Under the pieces are notes generated by a model, which had not been told where the DNA came from, did no database searches, and saw nothing but the letters and a program-made list of their open reading frames with translations. The position numbers and the translations under genes were made by a program. Shown piece by piece: positions 39,638 to 49,534 of a DNA stretch of 64,000 nucleotides (within the stretch, counting starts at the first letter, position 1; the number at the start of each line of letters is the position of its first letter). The stretch is taken from assembly GCA_947457395.1 (NCBI GenBank), contig CANGVA010000008.1, positions 32,629 to 96,628 of the forward strand, given 5' to 3'. The stretch is from Bacteroidota bacterium (GTDB lineage Bacteria; Bacteroidota; Bacteroidia; UKL13-3).

Positions 39638-40192
39638 TTATTTGGTTGATTCACCTGTCATTTCATACATCTTCTTACGTTTTCCAATATCTACACGCTC
39701 TTGTGGGTTTACTCCTTCAACCAATACATCTTTACCATAAACAAAATTGCCACGTGTATAGGCAGAAGGCACAATTCTATCGGTTAGGTAAATGGCATCT
39801 TTGGGGCAAGCCTCTTCACATAAGCCACAATATATGCAGCGCAGCATATTAATTTCATATTTTGCTGCATATTTTTCCTCCCGATACAAATGTTCTTCAC
39901 CTTTTTTGCGTTCGGCAGCCTCCATTGTAATAGCCTCTGCTGGGCAAGCAACAGCGCACAAGCCACAGGCAGTACAATTCTCTCTGCCTTTCTCATCTCG
40001 TTTCAACACATGCATGCCCCTGTAGACAGGTGCTATTTCTCTTTTTACTTCGGGATACCTTACCGTTGCACTTTTTCTGAACAAGTGTTTAATGGTGATG
40101 GAGAGCCCTTGTAATATGGCAGGCAGGTATAGCTTCTCAATGAATGTAAGCTCTCTTTTTACAACTACTTTAGATCGGTTTGTTAATTGCAT
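39638..40192 (-). CDS. nuoI: NADH-quinone oxidoreductase subunit I
   Basis: Two CxxCxxCxxxCP 4Fe-4S motifs; ATG at 40192. Confidence 0.95.
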   Translation of the reverse strand: MQLTNRSKVVVKRELTFIEKLYLPAILQGLSITIKHLFRKSATVRYPEVKREIAPVYRGMHVLKRDEKGRENCTACGLCAVACPAEAITMEAAERKKGEEHLYREEKYAAKYEINMLRCIYCGLCEEACPKDAIYLTDRIVPSAYTRGNFVYGKDVLVEGVNPQERVDIGKRKKMYEMTGESTK

Positions 40193-40196
40193 GTTT

Positions 40197-40748
40197 TTAC
40201 TCAATTATTCCGTCAACAATTCCGTAAGCCAATGATTCCTGAGCGTGCATCCAGTAATCGCGGTCCATATCTGCCATTACTTTATCAAATGGCTGGCCGC
40301 AGTTTTTAGAAAGTATTTCACCACCCAGTTTTTTCGTTTTTATAATCTCGGTTGCCTGGATTTGGATATCTGATGACTGACCTTGTGCACCCCCACTTGG
40401 CTGGTGTATCATAACCTTGGCATGCGGATGTATAAATCTGCGACCTTTTTTACCTACTGAAAGCAGGATAGAACCCATAGAGGCGGCTAATCCCATACAT
40501 ACGGTTGATACAGGCGATTTAAGCGATAGTATGGTATCATACATGGCAAAGCCTGAGGTAACATAACCTCCTGGGCTATTAATGATAAGGGTAATTTCTT
40601 TACCCGGATCCATCATATCTAAATATAGTAAGCGGTCAATCACATGCTTGGCCGATTCATCATCAACCTGACCCCATAAAAATACTTTCCGATCGGTAAG
40701 GAGTTTAGCATCTATGATATCTGCCATTTTTTTGTTGTTGTCTTCCAT
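40197..40748 (-). CDS. clpP: Clp protease proteolytic subunit located inside the nuo operon
   Basis: 'INSPGG', 'GLAASMG' (Ser), 'MIHQP' (His), 'DRDYWM' (Asp), 'YGIVD'. Confidence 0.93.
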   Translation of the reverse strand: MEDNNKKMADIIDAKLLTDRKVFLWGQVDDESAKHVIDRLLYLDMMDPGKEITLIINSPGGYVTSGFAMYDTILSLKSPVSTVCMGLAASMGSILLSVGKKGRRFIHPHAKVMIHQPSGGAQGQSSDIQIQATEIIKTKKLGGEILSKNCGQPFDKVMADMDRDYWMHAQESLAYGIVDGIIE

Positions 40749-40756
40749 GGTTGTCG

Positions 40757-41782
40757 TTATTTAACAAATGTCATCCAGGCACCTGTGATTAATACATTAA
40801 TTATTGAAAGTGGAATTAATATCATCCATCCCAACCGCATTAGCTGATCATAGCGGAAACGGGGGAGGGTCCAGCGCACCCACATAAAGAATAGTATAAA
40901 GAAGATGATTTTGGCAAACAATACGGCAACACTAACAATGGCTGCAATATTTTGCGGCAAATCCAAACTATCAATGCCTGGGAAGTGATATCCGCCAAAG
41001 TAAAGCGATGCAATAATTGCCGATGAGATGAACATGTTAATGTATTCTGCAAAAAGGAACAAGCCGAGTTTCATAGAGCTGAATTCAGTGTGGTATCCTC
41101 CAATTAGTTCTGACTCGCTTTCAGGCAAATCAAAAGGTGCACGGTTACATTCTGCAAATGCGCAAATTAAAAATATCAAGAATCCCAGTGGCTGATAAAA
41201 TACGTTCCATTGGCCGTGTTGCTGAGCATCTACAATATCGCGCAGGTTGAGCGAATTATTAAACAACAATAAGGCAATAATGCTCATACCCATGGATAGT
41301 TCATAGCTTATCATCTGCGATGAAGCACGCAAAGCGCCAAGCAAGGCGAATTTGTTGTTGGATGCCCAACCGCCAATCATAATGCCATAACCGCCTATGG
41401 ATACAACTGCAAAAATGTAGAGTATACCTACATTGAGGTCGGCTACCTGAAGGCTAAATTCGTGTCCACCAAAATTGAAGGATTTTCCCCATGGAATTAC
41501 TGCACTGGTCATAAGGGCCGTCATCATAAAAATACAAGGACCAATAATGAACAGGAATTTGTCAGAGGCATTTGGTATGATTTCTTCTTTTAAAAACATC
41601 TTCACACCATCGGCAATAGGTTGCAGTAAACCAAATGGCCCGGCACGATCAGGACCAATGCGGTCCTGCAGAAATGCAGCTACTTTTCTTTCGCCATAGG
41701 TTGCGTATGCGGCAATGCCAAGGCTTACCAAAAATATGATAACAACCAGTATTGCTTTATCCAATAGTAGAGTATAGTCCAT
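40757..41782 (-). CDS. nuoH: NADH-quinone oxidoreductase subunit H
   Basis: 'ERK...QDRIGP', 'QPIADGVK', 'NRAPFDLPESESEL', 'PRFRYDQ'. Confidence 0.96.
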   Translation of the reverse strand: MDYTLLLDKAILVVIIFLVSLGIAAYATYGERKVAAFLQDRIGPDRAGPFGLLQPIADGVKMFLKEEIIPNASDKFLFIIGPCIFMMTALMTSAVIPWGKSFNFGGHEFSLQVADLNVGILYIFAVVSIGGYGIMIGGWASNNKFALLGALRASSQMISYELSMGMSIIALLLFNNSLNLRDIVDAQQHGQWNVFYQPLGFLIFLICAFAECNRAPFDLPESESELIGGYHTEFSSMKLGLFLFAEYINMFISSAIIASLYFGGYHFPGIDSLDLPQNIAAIVSVAVLFAKIIFFILFFMWVRWTLPRFRYDQLMRLGWMILIPLSIINVLITGAWMTFVK

Positions 41783-42747
41783 TATTCAGTGATGGCTTTA
41801 ATGTCGTTTAATGTAAATTCTTTTGGTTTAACCAGCTGTGCATATTTGTTGGCTGAAATAACTGAGTGGCGGTTGATAGGGGCTGGGCCCTCAATCACCC
41901 AATCGCTAGTTTGTTTTTTGTCAAAGCGGCAGGTATTGCAAATAAATTCTTCCACTTCTCCCCACTGGTCTTTTCTTCCGGTTACGCGTAATACGTCTTC
42001 ACCTTTGTACCAGAGGGCCACCTTACCGCTGCACTTATCACAATTGCGATGCGCATACATTGGTTTGGTAAACCATACGCGGCTTTTAAATCGGAATGTT
42101 TTATCAGTTAACGCACCAACTGGGCAAACATCAATTACATTACCCGAAAAATCATTATCAATGGCTTGCTGTACGTAGGTAGAAATTTCTGCATGATCTC
42201 CACGATTAATTACACCGTGCACGCGTCCATCTGTGATTTGCTCGGCTGTTTTAACGCAACGGTAGCAAAGGATACAGCGTGTCATGTGCAGTTGTATCTT
42301 CTCACCTATATCAATCTTCTCAAACGTTCTGCGCTCAAACTCTGTTCGTGTTTTATAATTGCCATGCTCATAGCTCAGATCTTGCAGGTGGCATTCACCT
42401 GCCTGATCACAAACAGGGCAATCCAGCGGATGGTTTAATAATAAAAACTCAACCACACCTGCACGAGCGTCATAGACTTTTTCAGAAGTGGTATTTTTAA
42501 CTTCCATTCCGTCCATTACCGCTGTGCGGCAACTGGCCACCAGTTTAGGCATGGGGCGCGGGTCTTTTTCAGAACCTTTGCTCACTTCCACCAAACAAGT
42601 GCGGCAATAACCGCCACTGGTTTTTAGTTTACTGTAATAGCACATAGTAGGAGGGGCCACATCGGGGCCAATCATACGTGCAGCTTGCAGAATAGTTGTT
42701 CCGTCTGCAACTTCAATTGTTATTCCGTCTATGGTTACTTTTGCCAT
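41782..42747 (-). CDS. nuoG: NADH-quinone oxidoreductase subunit G (short, Fe-S domains only)
   Basis: 'CRTCLVE', 'HPLDCPVCDQAGEC', 'CILCYRC', 'CPVGAL'; 321 aa. Confidence 0.9.
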   Translation of the reverse strand: MAKVTIDGITIEVADGTTILQAARMIGPDVAPPTMCYYSKLKTSGGYCRTCLVEVSKGSEKDPRPMPKLVASCRTAVMDGMEVKNTTSEKVYDARAGVVEFLLLNHPLDCPVCDQAGECHLQDLSYEHGNYKTRTEFERRTFEKIDIGEKIQLHMTRCILCYRCVKTAEQITDGRVHGVINRGDHAEISTYVQQAIDNDFSGNVIDVCPVGALTDKTFRFKSRVWFTKPMYAHRNCDKCSGKVALWYKGEDVLRVTGRKDQWGEVEEFICNTCRFDKKQTSDWVIEGPAPINRHSVISANKYAQLVKPKEFTLNDIKAITE

Positions 42748-42756
42748 AAATCTAAA

Positions 42757-44118
42757 TTATAAGCTGCTGTAAGCCGCAGCGGCATCTAAGTTATTGCAAT
42801 GAAAATAATATTTCACATCAGGTATAGATTGCCTATTATTAACGTAAGCTTCAAACTCTGATCTGAAATGGCGGATTGCACTGGCTACAGGCCATGCTGC
42901 AGCATCTCCCAGCGGACAAATAGTATTGCCTTCAATTTTTCTTTGAATGTCCCATAGTAAATCAACATCCGCGAGTGTGCCATGCCCGTCAAGAATCTTA
43001 TGCAGTATTTTTTCCATCCATCCTGTTCCTTCACGGCAAGGACTGCATTGCCCGCAACTTTCATGGTGATAGAAGCGAGCAAAAGTGTGGAGGTTTTTTA
43101 CGATACTGGTGCTTTCATCCATCACAATAAAGCCGCCTGATCCCAGCATGGTGCCTGCAGCAAAACCGCCATCGGCAAGGCTTTCATAGGTCATCAGGCG
43201 TTTTTCCCCATTAGCTGTTTTTAAAATTAAGTCGGCCGGCAAAATTGGAACAGAAGATCCGCCTGCAACCACAGCCTTTAGTTTTTTATCGTTTAAAATG
43301 CCACCGCAATATTCATCTGAGTAAATAAACTCTTCAACTGAAATGCCTAGTTCAATTTCATATACACCCGGTTTTTTAATATGGCCTGATGCTGAAATAA
43401 GTTTGGTACCTGTTGATTTACCAATACCAATGGCCGCATAAGCCTCGCCTCCATCGTTTACAATAGGAACAACTGCTGCAATAGTTTCTACATTATTTAC
43501 CACAGTAGGGCATTCCCATAAACCTTTCACGGCAGGGAATGGAGGTTTGATGCGCGGATTGCCACGTTTGCCTTCGAGCGATTCAAGCAAAGCAGTCTCC
43601 TCACCACATATATACGCACCGGCACCGCATTGCACATGCATATCAAGATTGTAACCTGTGCCCAGTATATTTTTACCTAACCAGCCGTTTGCATAAGCCT
43701 CACTGATTGCTTTTTCTAAAATCTTAATAATATAAAAGTACTCTCCTCTTACATAAATGTATCCTGTATTGGCACCCAGCGCATAGCTTGAAGTTATCAT
43801 GCCCTCAATAAGCAGATGCGGAATACGTTCCATCAGATAACGGTCTTTAAAAGTACCCGGTTCAGATTCATCGGCATTGCAAACCAGGTAGCGCGGCACA
43901 CCTTCAGGCTTTGCCAGAAAGCTCCATTTCATTCCGGTAGGAAAACCTGCGCCTCCGCGACCTCTCAATCCGGATTTCTTTACTTCTTCAACTACCGCAT
44001 CAGGTGTCATGGTTTTTAAAGCCTTTTCAACGCTTCTGTAGCCACCATTTTTGCGGTATAACTCGTAAGAGTGTATGCCTTCAATATGATCGTTTTCTAA
44101 TAATAATTTTCTGCCCAT
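42757..44118 (-). CDS. nuoF: NADH-quinone oxidoreductase subunit F
   Basis: 'GLRGRGGAGFPTG', 'NADESEPG', 'GAGAYICGEE', 'ESCGQCSPCREG'. Confidence 0.97.
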   Translation of the reverse strand: MGRKLLLENDHIEGIHSYELYRKNGGYRSVEKALKTMTPDAVVEEVKKSGLRGRGGAGFPTGMKWSFLAKPEGVPRYLVCNADESEPGTFKDRYLMERIPHLLIEGMITSSYALGANTGYIYVRGEYFYIIKILEKAISEAYANGWLGKNILGTGYNLDMHVQCGAGAYICGEETALLESLEGKRGNPRIKPPFPAVKGLWECPTVVNNVETIAAVVPIVNDGGEAYAAIGIGKSTGTKLISASGHIKKPGVYEIELGISVEEFIYSDEYCGGILNDKKLKAVVAGGSSVPILPADLILKTANGEKRLMTYESLADGGFAAGTMLGSGGFIVMDESTSIVKNLHTFARFYHHESCGQCSPCREGTGWMEKILHKILDGHGTLADVDLLWDIQRKIEGNTICPLGDAAAWPVASAIRHFRSEFEAYVNNRQSIPDVKYYFHCNNLDAAAAYSSL

Positions 44119-44197
44119 TCTTTTATGTTTAAGCCACAGTTTAATATATTCTTAAGCCATCACAGCATGCATGCAAATTATCTAAGGTGTTCATGCA

Positions 44198-44743
44198 TTA
44201 TATTTTTCTGAACGTATCTGTATTCAAATAGGTGCTATGGTTTGTTGCATCCTTCCACTCTTCTAAAATTTTATCAACCTTATCAAGTGTCAGGTTCTCA
44301 TGAAACGTTTGCCCAATCTGTAGCATGGGTGCTGTTCCGCAACTGCCTAAACACTCAACCGTTTTAAGGGTATACTTTCCGTCTGCAGTGGTTTCACCGT
44401 CTTTAATACCCAATCTCTTTTCAATATGTTTCACAACATCTTCTGCTCCGCGCAGCCAGCAGCTGCTTGTTCGGCAAACTTCTATCAGGCATTTACCAAC
44501 AGGTTTCAGGTTATACATAGAATAGAATGAAGCTACTTCATACACCTCTATTGGTTGCAGATTAAGCAGTTCAGCAACTTTATCCATCACCGGAACACTC
44601 AGCCATCCGTCATGCTCAGCCTGTGCAATGTGCAGGGCCGGTAGCAGCGCAGATTTATGTTTGCCTTCCGGATAGCGTTTGGTTAAATTCTTAATTAGTG
44701 CCTCCGATTCCGGAGTAAAACTTATGTTTTTTGAATCACTCAT
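44198..44743 (-). CDS. nuoE: NADH-quinone oxidoreductase subunit E
   Basis: CRTSSC and ECLGSC 2Fe-2S ligands. Confidence 0.94.
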   Translation of the reverse strand: MSDSKNISFTPESEALIKNLTKRYPEGKHKSALLPALHIAQAEHDGWLSVPVMDKVAELLNLQPIEVYEVASFYSMYNLKPVGKCLIEVCRTSSCWLRGAEDVVKHIEKRLGIKDGETTADGKYTLKTVECLGSCGTAPMLQIGQTFHENLTLDKVDKILEEWKDATNHSTYLNTDTFRKI

Positions 44744-44753
44744 GTTATTTCAA

Positions 44754-45959
44754 TTATGCATCCAGTTCTCCTGCAATTACATTCATGCTACTCATGGTTA
44801 AAATTGCATCACTAAGCATTCCTCCTTTGATCATTTCCGGATATGCTTGATAATAAATGAAGCATGGCCTGCGGAAATGCAATTTGTATGGTGCACGACC
44901 GCCATCACTCAGTAAATAAAATCCCAGTTCACCGTTACCGCCTTCTACTGCATGATAGACCTCTCCTTTAGGCACATCGCTTTCGCCCATTACTATTTTA
45001 AAGTGCCAGATAAGGGCTTCCATATTGTGGTATACATCTTCTTTTGGAGGAAGATAAAATTCAGGCACATCAGCATACCATTTTCCTGATGGCAGGTTAT
45101 CCATGGCCTGTTGTATAATTTTTAAACTTTCTCTTATTTCTTGCTGACGAACCATGAAGCGATCGTATGTATCACCATTTACACCAATAGGAATGGTAAA
45201 GTCAAAATCTTCATAGGAGCTATATGGGTTCATGATGCGTACGTCATAATCAACGCCTGCTGCCCTTAGGTTAGGGCCGGTAAACCCATAACTAAGCGCG
45301 CGCTCTGCAGTAATAGGTCCGGTATGCATAACACGGTCAACAAAGATTCTGTTTCTTTCAAGTAGGTTACTAAATTCATCAAAGATTTTCGGGAAGTCGC
45401 GCAGGAATTCTTTTATTTTTTTTATGGCTTCATCATTAAAATCTCTTTCCATTCCGCCAATGCGCCCTATATTGGTTGTGAGGCGTGCTCCGCAAATCTG
45501 TTCAAAAATATCGTAGATTTTTTCGCGCCACTGAAAAACATAAGTAAACCCAGTTAAGGCTCCTGTATCAACACCAACCACTGCGTTGCAAACAAGGTGA
45601 TCAGCAATACGTGCCAACTCCATAATAATAACGCGCATGTATTGTGCACGCTTAGGAATATCAACACCAATGAGTTTCTCAACGGTCATATGCCAGCCCA
45701 TATTGTTAATAGGCGAGGAGCAGTAGTTGAGTCGGTCTGTTAATGTTGTAATCTGGTAATATGGTCTGCGTTCTGCAATTTTTTCAAAGGCACGGTGAAT
45801 ATATCCTACAGTTTGCTCGGCATCCACCACAATTTCGCCATCCATTTTAAGGATATTTTGGAAAATGCCGTGGGTGGCAGGGTGGGTTGGACCAAGGTTG
45901 AGCGTGGTATATTCAGGCTCTTCAATTTGTTCTATGCTTTTATCGTCAAATTCGTTCAT
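44754..45959 (-). CDS. nuoD: NADH-quinone oxidoreductase subunit D
   Basis: 'GPTHPATHG', 'GYIHRAFEK', 'DRLNY', 'GELD'. Confidence 0.95.
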   Translation of the reverse strand: MNEFDDKSIEQIEEPEYTTLNLGPTHPATHGIFQNILKMDGEIVVDAEQTVGYIHRAFEKIAERRPYYQITTLTDRLNYCSSPINNMGWHMTVEKLIGVDIPKRAQYMRVIIMELARIADHLVCNAVVGVDTGALTGFTYVFQWREKIYDIFEQICGARLTTNIGRIGGMERDFNDEAIKKIKEFLRDFPKIFDEFSNLLERNRIFVDRVMHTGPITAERALSYGFTGPNLRAAGVDYDVRIMNPYSSYEDFDFTIPIGVNGDTYDRFMVRQQEIRESLKIIQQAMDNLPSGKWYADVPEFYLPPKEDVYHNMEALIWHFKIVMGESDVPKGEVYHAVEGGNGELGFYLLSDGGRAPYKLHFRRPCFIYYQAYPEMIKGGMLSDAILTMSSMNVIAGELDA

Positions 45960-45974
45960 GAAACTGCTTGGGTT

Positions 45975-46481
45975 TTATCTGCCAAAGTATTGATCATCCT
46001 TATCTGTTCTGGTACCATCTTCCAGCGGAAATTCTTTACGCAGCGGGAAATAATCCATTTCATCTACGTTTAATATCCGTTGAAGGTTAGGATGGCCTGT
46101 AAACTGAATGCCATAATAATCGTACGTTTCACGTTCCATCCAGTTTGCTGAAGGGAATAATCCGGTAAGGGAAGGTACCTCAGGTTTAGAGATTGGAACA
46201 AAACATTTTAAACGTATTCTAAAGTTGTTTGGCATGCTTTGCATATGGTAAATGGCGCAAAGCTCTTTCCCCGGAACTTGCGGAAAATGACTGCCACAAA
46301 TATCGGTTAAGAAATGTGCGTTAATTACCGAATGATTTTTAAGCCACTCTACAACGGAGGTAATGGCTGAAACTTCTACAACAACAGTAAGCATGCCATA
46401 TGGCTCATCGGTAGATAAAATGACATCACCAAATTGCTTATAAAGTTCTTCCGAAACGAATTGATTGGTTATTTCTGCCAT
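45975..46481 (-). CDS. nuoC: NADH-quinone oxidoreductase subunit C
   Basis: 'ANWMERETYDYYGI.F.GHP', 'PLRKEFPL'. Confidence 0.93.
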   Translation of the reverse strand: MAEITNQFVSEELYKQFGDVILSTDEPYGMLTVVVEVSAITSVVEWLKNHSVINAHFLTDICGSHFPQVPGKELCAIYHMQSMPNNFRIRLKCFVPISKPEVPSLTGLFPSANWMERETYDYYGIQFTGHPNLQRILNVDEMDYFPLRKEFPLEDGTRTDKDDQYFGR

Positions 46482-46483
46482 GC

Positions 46484-47029
46484 TTATTGAATGCCGTAAG
46501 ATCCTAACAATGCTTTATATTCAGTTGAATTTCTTCTTCTGAGAGATTCATTTTTTACGAGTTCCTGTATTTGCATAAACCCATCAATTATCTGCTCGGG
46601 TCTTGGAGGGCAGCCAGGAACATACACATCAACCGGAATTACCTTGTCAATTCCCTGCAAAACGGAGTATGTATCAAATATGCCACCGCTTGAGGCACAG
46701 GCACCAACGGATAAAACCCAGCGCGGCTCAGCCATTTGCAAGTATACCTGACGCAAAACGGGACCCATTTTTTTTGCAATTGTTCCGGCAACAATAAGTA
46801 AATCCGCCTGTCGAGGAGAAAAGCTGATACGTTCTGAACCAAAACGGGCAAGATCATAATTGGAGCCCATAGTGGCCATAAATTCAATACCACAGCAGGA
46901 TGTGGCAAACGGCAAAGGCCAGATAGAATTTGCTCTAGCCAAACCAATAGCTTTTTCAAGCGAGGTAGCAAAGAAACCGGGTCCTTCAACTCCGGCCGGC
47001 ATTTCTGCTATTGTAATTTCTTTCGACAT
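46484..47029 (-). CDS. nuoB: NADH-quinone oxidoreductase subunit B
   Basis: 'SCCGIE', 'SPRQAD', 'GACA', 'PGCPPRPE'; ATG at 47029. Confidence 0.95.
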   Translation of the reverse strand: MSKEITIAEMPAGVEGPGFFATSLEKAIGLARANSIWPLPFATSCCGIEFMATMGSNYDLARFGSERISFSPRQADLLIVAGTIAKKMGPVLRQVYLQMAEPRWVLSVGACASSGGIFDTYSVLQGIDKVIPVDVYVPGCPPRPEQIIDGFMQIQELVKNESLRRRNSTEYKALLGSYGIQ

Positions 47030-47051
47030 ATCCTGAGTAAATACTTTTAAA

Positions 47052-47414
47052 TTATTCCCACTTAAGGGCACCTTTTTTAATAATATAAACAAAGCCAATA
47101 AGTAAGGTGCCAATAAACAATACCATCTCAACAAACCCAACAGCACCCAAGGCTTTAAAGTTTACAGCCCACGGATACATGAAAATTACCTCTACATCAA
47201 ACATTACAAAAAGGATGGCTGTCAGAAAATACTTAATGGAGAAAGGCAATCGTGCATTGCCGACACTCTCAATTCCGCACTCAAAGTTTTCAAGTTTATC
47301 TGATGTTTTGCGTCTTGGTCCAACATAATGTGTAACCAGCATGGTTGTAACAACAAAACCCGCTGCAACAGAGAACTGTATAACTAAAGCCAAATAATCT
47401 ATTGATGACGACAT
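47052..47414 (-). CDS. nuoA: NADH-quinone oxidoreductase subunit A
   Basis: 'FECG', 'FDVE', 'YPWA', 'KGALKW'. Confidence 0.95.
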   Translation of the reverse strand: MSSSIDYLALVIQFSVAAGFVVTTMLVTHYVGPRRKTSDKLENFECGIESVGNARLPFSIKYFLTAILFVMFDVEVIFMYPWAVNFKALGAVGFVEMVLFIGTLLIGFVYIIKKGALKWE

Positions 47415-47437
47415 GATTGTGTATTTTTAGAGGCGTG

Positions 47438-47445
47438 CAAACTTA
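47438..47445 (-). promoter_or_regulatory. Bacteroidota -7 promoter element of the nuo operon
   Basis: TAAGTTTG on minus strand, 23 nt upstream of nuoA. Confidence 0.55.
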
Positions 47446-47503
47446 CATAAAGTTTTGATTTTACCATATGGATTTACCCACATTACGAGCAGGTAAAAAT
47501 CAA

Positions 47504-47749
47504 TTAGGATGAGATGGAATTCCGGACCCTTTCAAAGAACTCCCTTATGGCTATTCTTGTGTCTTTATTTTCTGATTTTATAGTTTTTAAAATTTCAATT
47601 GCTCCCAAAACGTGCGTGAGTCTTTCTCCTTCATCATTGCCTTCAACTTCAATAGCTGGTTCTAGCCCTTCAAGCATTTGTTGCTCAGCTTCTTCGCATT
47701 GTTCCAAGGTGTAGGTTTCAACCAGCTTTTTTATTACAGGTAATTTCAT
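47504..47749 (-). CDS. Small conserved Bacteroidota protein (DUF6952-like)
   Basis: 'MKLPVIK', 'EVEGNDEGERLTH', 'RVRNSIS'; usually follows a thioredoxin. Confidence 0.65.
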   Translation of the reverse strand: MKLPVIKKLVETYTLEQCEEAEQQMLEGLEPAIEVEGNDEGERLTHVLGAIEILKTIKSENKDTRIAIREFFERVRNSISS

Positions 47750-47761
47750 GCGGAAATTCTA

Positions 47762-48076
47762 TTACAGTATTTTATGGATCAGTGCCTCAACCCCCTCTTC
47801 TTTGGCAGTAGTATCAGCTCCTATGAGTTTTCCACTTTTGAATACGGCAAAAAATGGGAGATTGCTTACACCAGCCAACTTGCGTGCAGCAGGATTTTCT
47901 TCGGCATTTATGTCTAAGAACAGAACGTTTTTATATTCATCTTTCTCAGCAATTTTTTTAAATTTCGGGGCAAATAGCCGACAAGTTCCACACCATCCGG
48001 CAAAGAATTTAATCACTACCTTTTCGTTTTTCTCCAGTAATTGCTGAAAGTCAGCATCTGTTGCAAGGGTAACCAT
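47762..48076 (-). CDS. Thioredoxin family protein
   Basis: WCGTC active site and 'NLPFFA'. Confidence 0.85.
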   Translation of the reverse strand: MVTLATDADFQQLLEKNEKVVIKFFAGWCGTCRLFAPKFKKIAEKDEYKNVLFLDINAEENPAARKLAGVSNLPFFAVFKSGKLIGADTTAKEEGVEALIHKIL

Positions 48077-48131
48077 GTTGTTAGATTTTAATTACAATAA
48101 AGACACAAAAAAACGTGAAATGTTTGCAAAT

Positions 48132-48162
48132 AAAAAGCCCACTGAGTTCTTCAGGGGGCTTT
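48132..48162 (-). terminator. Intrinsic terminator
   Basis: AAAAAGCCC-A-CTGA...TCAG-G-GGGCTTT hairpin downstream of the minus-strand gene 48183-49370. Confidence 0.6.
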
Positions 48163-48182
48163 ATAAATAACGTTATATTTCT

Positions 48183-49370
48183 TTATGGCTTAAATGGTAT
48201 CATTGACTGCAGGTTTAAACCTACCCCGGCTGTAAGCATATTGTACTCTGCAAAGGTATAATCTGCATGGAAGGTTAAAATAGCTAGTTTTATTCTGGCG
48301 CCAAAGGTTGCTCTGAAACCGCTGATAGTACCGGTTATTTTTACAGGATCTTTTTCGGTTAAATTTACTCTTTTCTTTGTTGGAATGTTGGGGTCGAAAT
48401 CGGCTTCTCCTGGCATAATGAATGTTGTAAATGGATACTGTCCTTCTACGGTAAGATCAGTTGTGGCCCGCTGATAGCCAAAGCCGGCATAGGGGGTAAA
48501 GAATAATAATTTTGCGGATACCAGTAATTGTGCATTCCATGCGGTTGAATTAATGCTAATCTGCTGTGTGGATGTTGGTTTGGAATTATTGTTAATGATA
48601 TTCCCATTAGGAGAGGTGCTGCCATAAGGAGCATCAGGCTGTAACTCATCCAATCCCAATGTTGAATTAAATTGGGTATATCCAAAAAAGCCGGCAATAT
48701 CCCATATTTTTTGTTCTTTAATAACCGGTATCCATTGCTTGATATCATGCTTAATACCAAAGCCCCATAAGCCAATTTCAAAAGACTCCTGTTTGATTTT
48801 AGGAACATAACGAATAATAATTTCTGTATTCTTGTAAATACCAAGGGCAATATTGGCAGATGGTGAACCAAAAATATTGATGCCCATACCTGCAGGCATC
48901 CGGAAGCTAGCCATCGTTGTATCTCTGCTAAATGGGTTGGGCGAGCCCGGATTATTCTGGTTATAATATACCCAGGCTGGGTTGGTAGTATTAATATCCA
49001 AGATAGGAGCAGCGCTCTCATTATTTGAGCCAAATACTGTGGGTCCGGAAATTGCATTTCCCTGAGGTTTTAAAATAGTTAATCCACTTAAAGGGAAGGT
49101 AAGATCGGCAGTAGGGGTAATTGCCAGATTGGCGCAAATGGTAATATCAAAACCAAGTGTGCCATGGGGTCGGGCTGTATTGTACCAACCATTGTTTAAC
49201 GAGGATCCAAAAGACTTTAGTACCGGACTAAAATAACCATTAAGTAAGATATTGGCATCAGCAACTCCACCTTTCATTAGGTTGGATGCATCGCTCTGCG
49301 CATTTGTAATCTGGCTCGCACAGAAGAGGAGCGTTCCAAGTACAAGTTTAGGTAGAAATTGTTTTTTCAT
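48183..49370 (-). CDS. Outer-membrane protein, DUF6588-like
   Basis: Signal peptide; 'LNNGWYNTARPH', 'RYVP', 'GIKHDIKQW'; beta-strand C-terminus. Confidence 0.65.
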   Translation of the reverse strand: MKKQFLPKLVLGTLLFCASQITNAQSDASNLMKGGVADANILLNGYFSPVLKSFGSSLNNGWYNTARPHGTLGFDITICANLAITPTADLTFPLSGLTILKPQGNAISGPTVFGSNNESAAPILDINTTNPAWVYYNQNNPGSPNPFSRDTTMASFRMPAGMGINIFGSPSANIALGIYKNTEIIIRYVPKIKQESFEIGLWGFGIKHDIKQWIPVIKEQKIWDIAGFFGYTQFNSTLGLDELQPDAPYGSTSPNGNIINNNSKPTSTQQISINSTAWNAQLLVSAKLLFFTPYAGFGYQRATTDLTVEGQYPFTTFIMPGEADFDPNIPTKKRVNLTEKDPVKITGTISGFRATFGARIKLAILTFHADYTFAEYNMLTAGVGLNLQSMIPFKP

Positions 49371-49461
49371 ATAAGTAATGTGTTATGTTAATTCTATACT
49401 CAAATGTAGTGGTAGTTTTTAATTATCCCTACCAAAATTTTGAAATACGCATAAAAGCGAA

Positions 49462-49477
49462 TATGATTTCCATCATA
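49462..49477. promoter_or_regulatory. Second TATGA-N6-TCATA palindrome, in the divergent DUF6588/map intergenic region
   Basis: TATGA TTTCCA TCATA. Confidence 0.45.
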
Positions 49478-49534
49478 CTTTTTCCTTTCAATTATTATTG
49501 TGTTCTTCGCATCACCCAATAAAAAAGTCTATTC

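Noticed and set aside
41782-42747. NuoG only 321 aa, suggesting truncation
   Set aside because: Short NuoG without the molybdopterin-like C-terminal domain is usual in Bacteroidota complex I operons; its stop overlaps the nuoH start cleanly.
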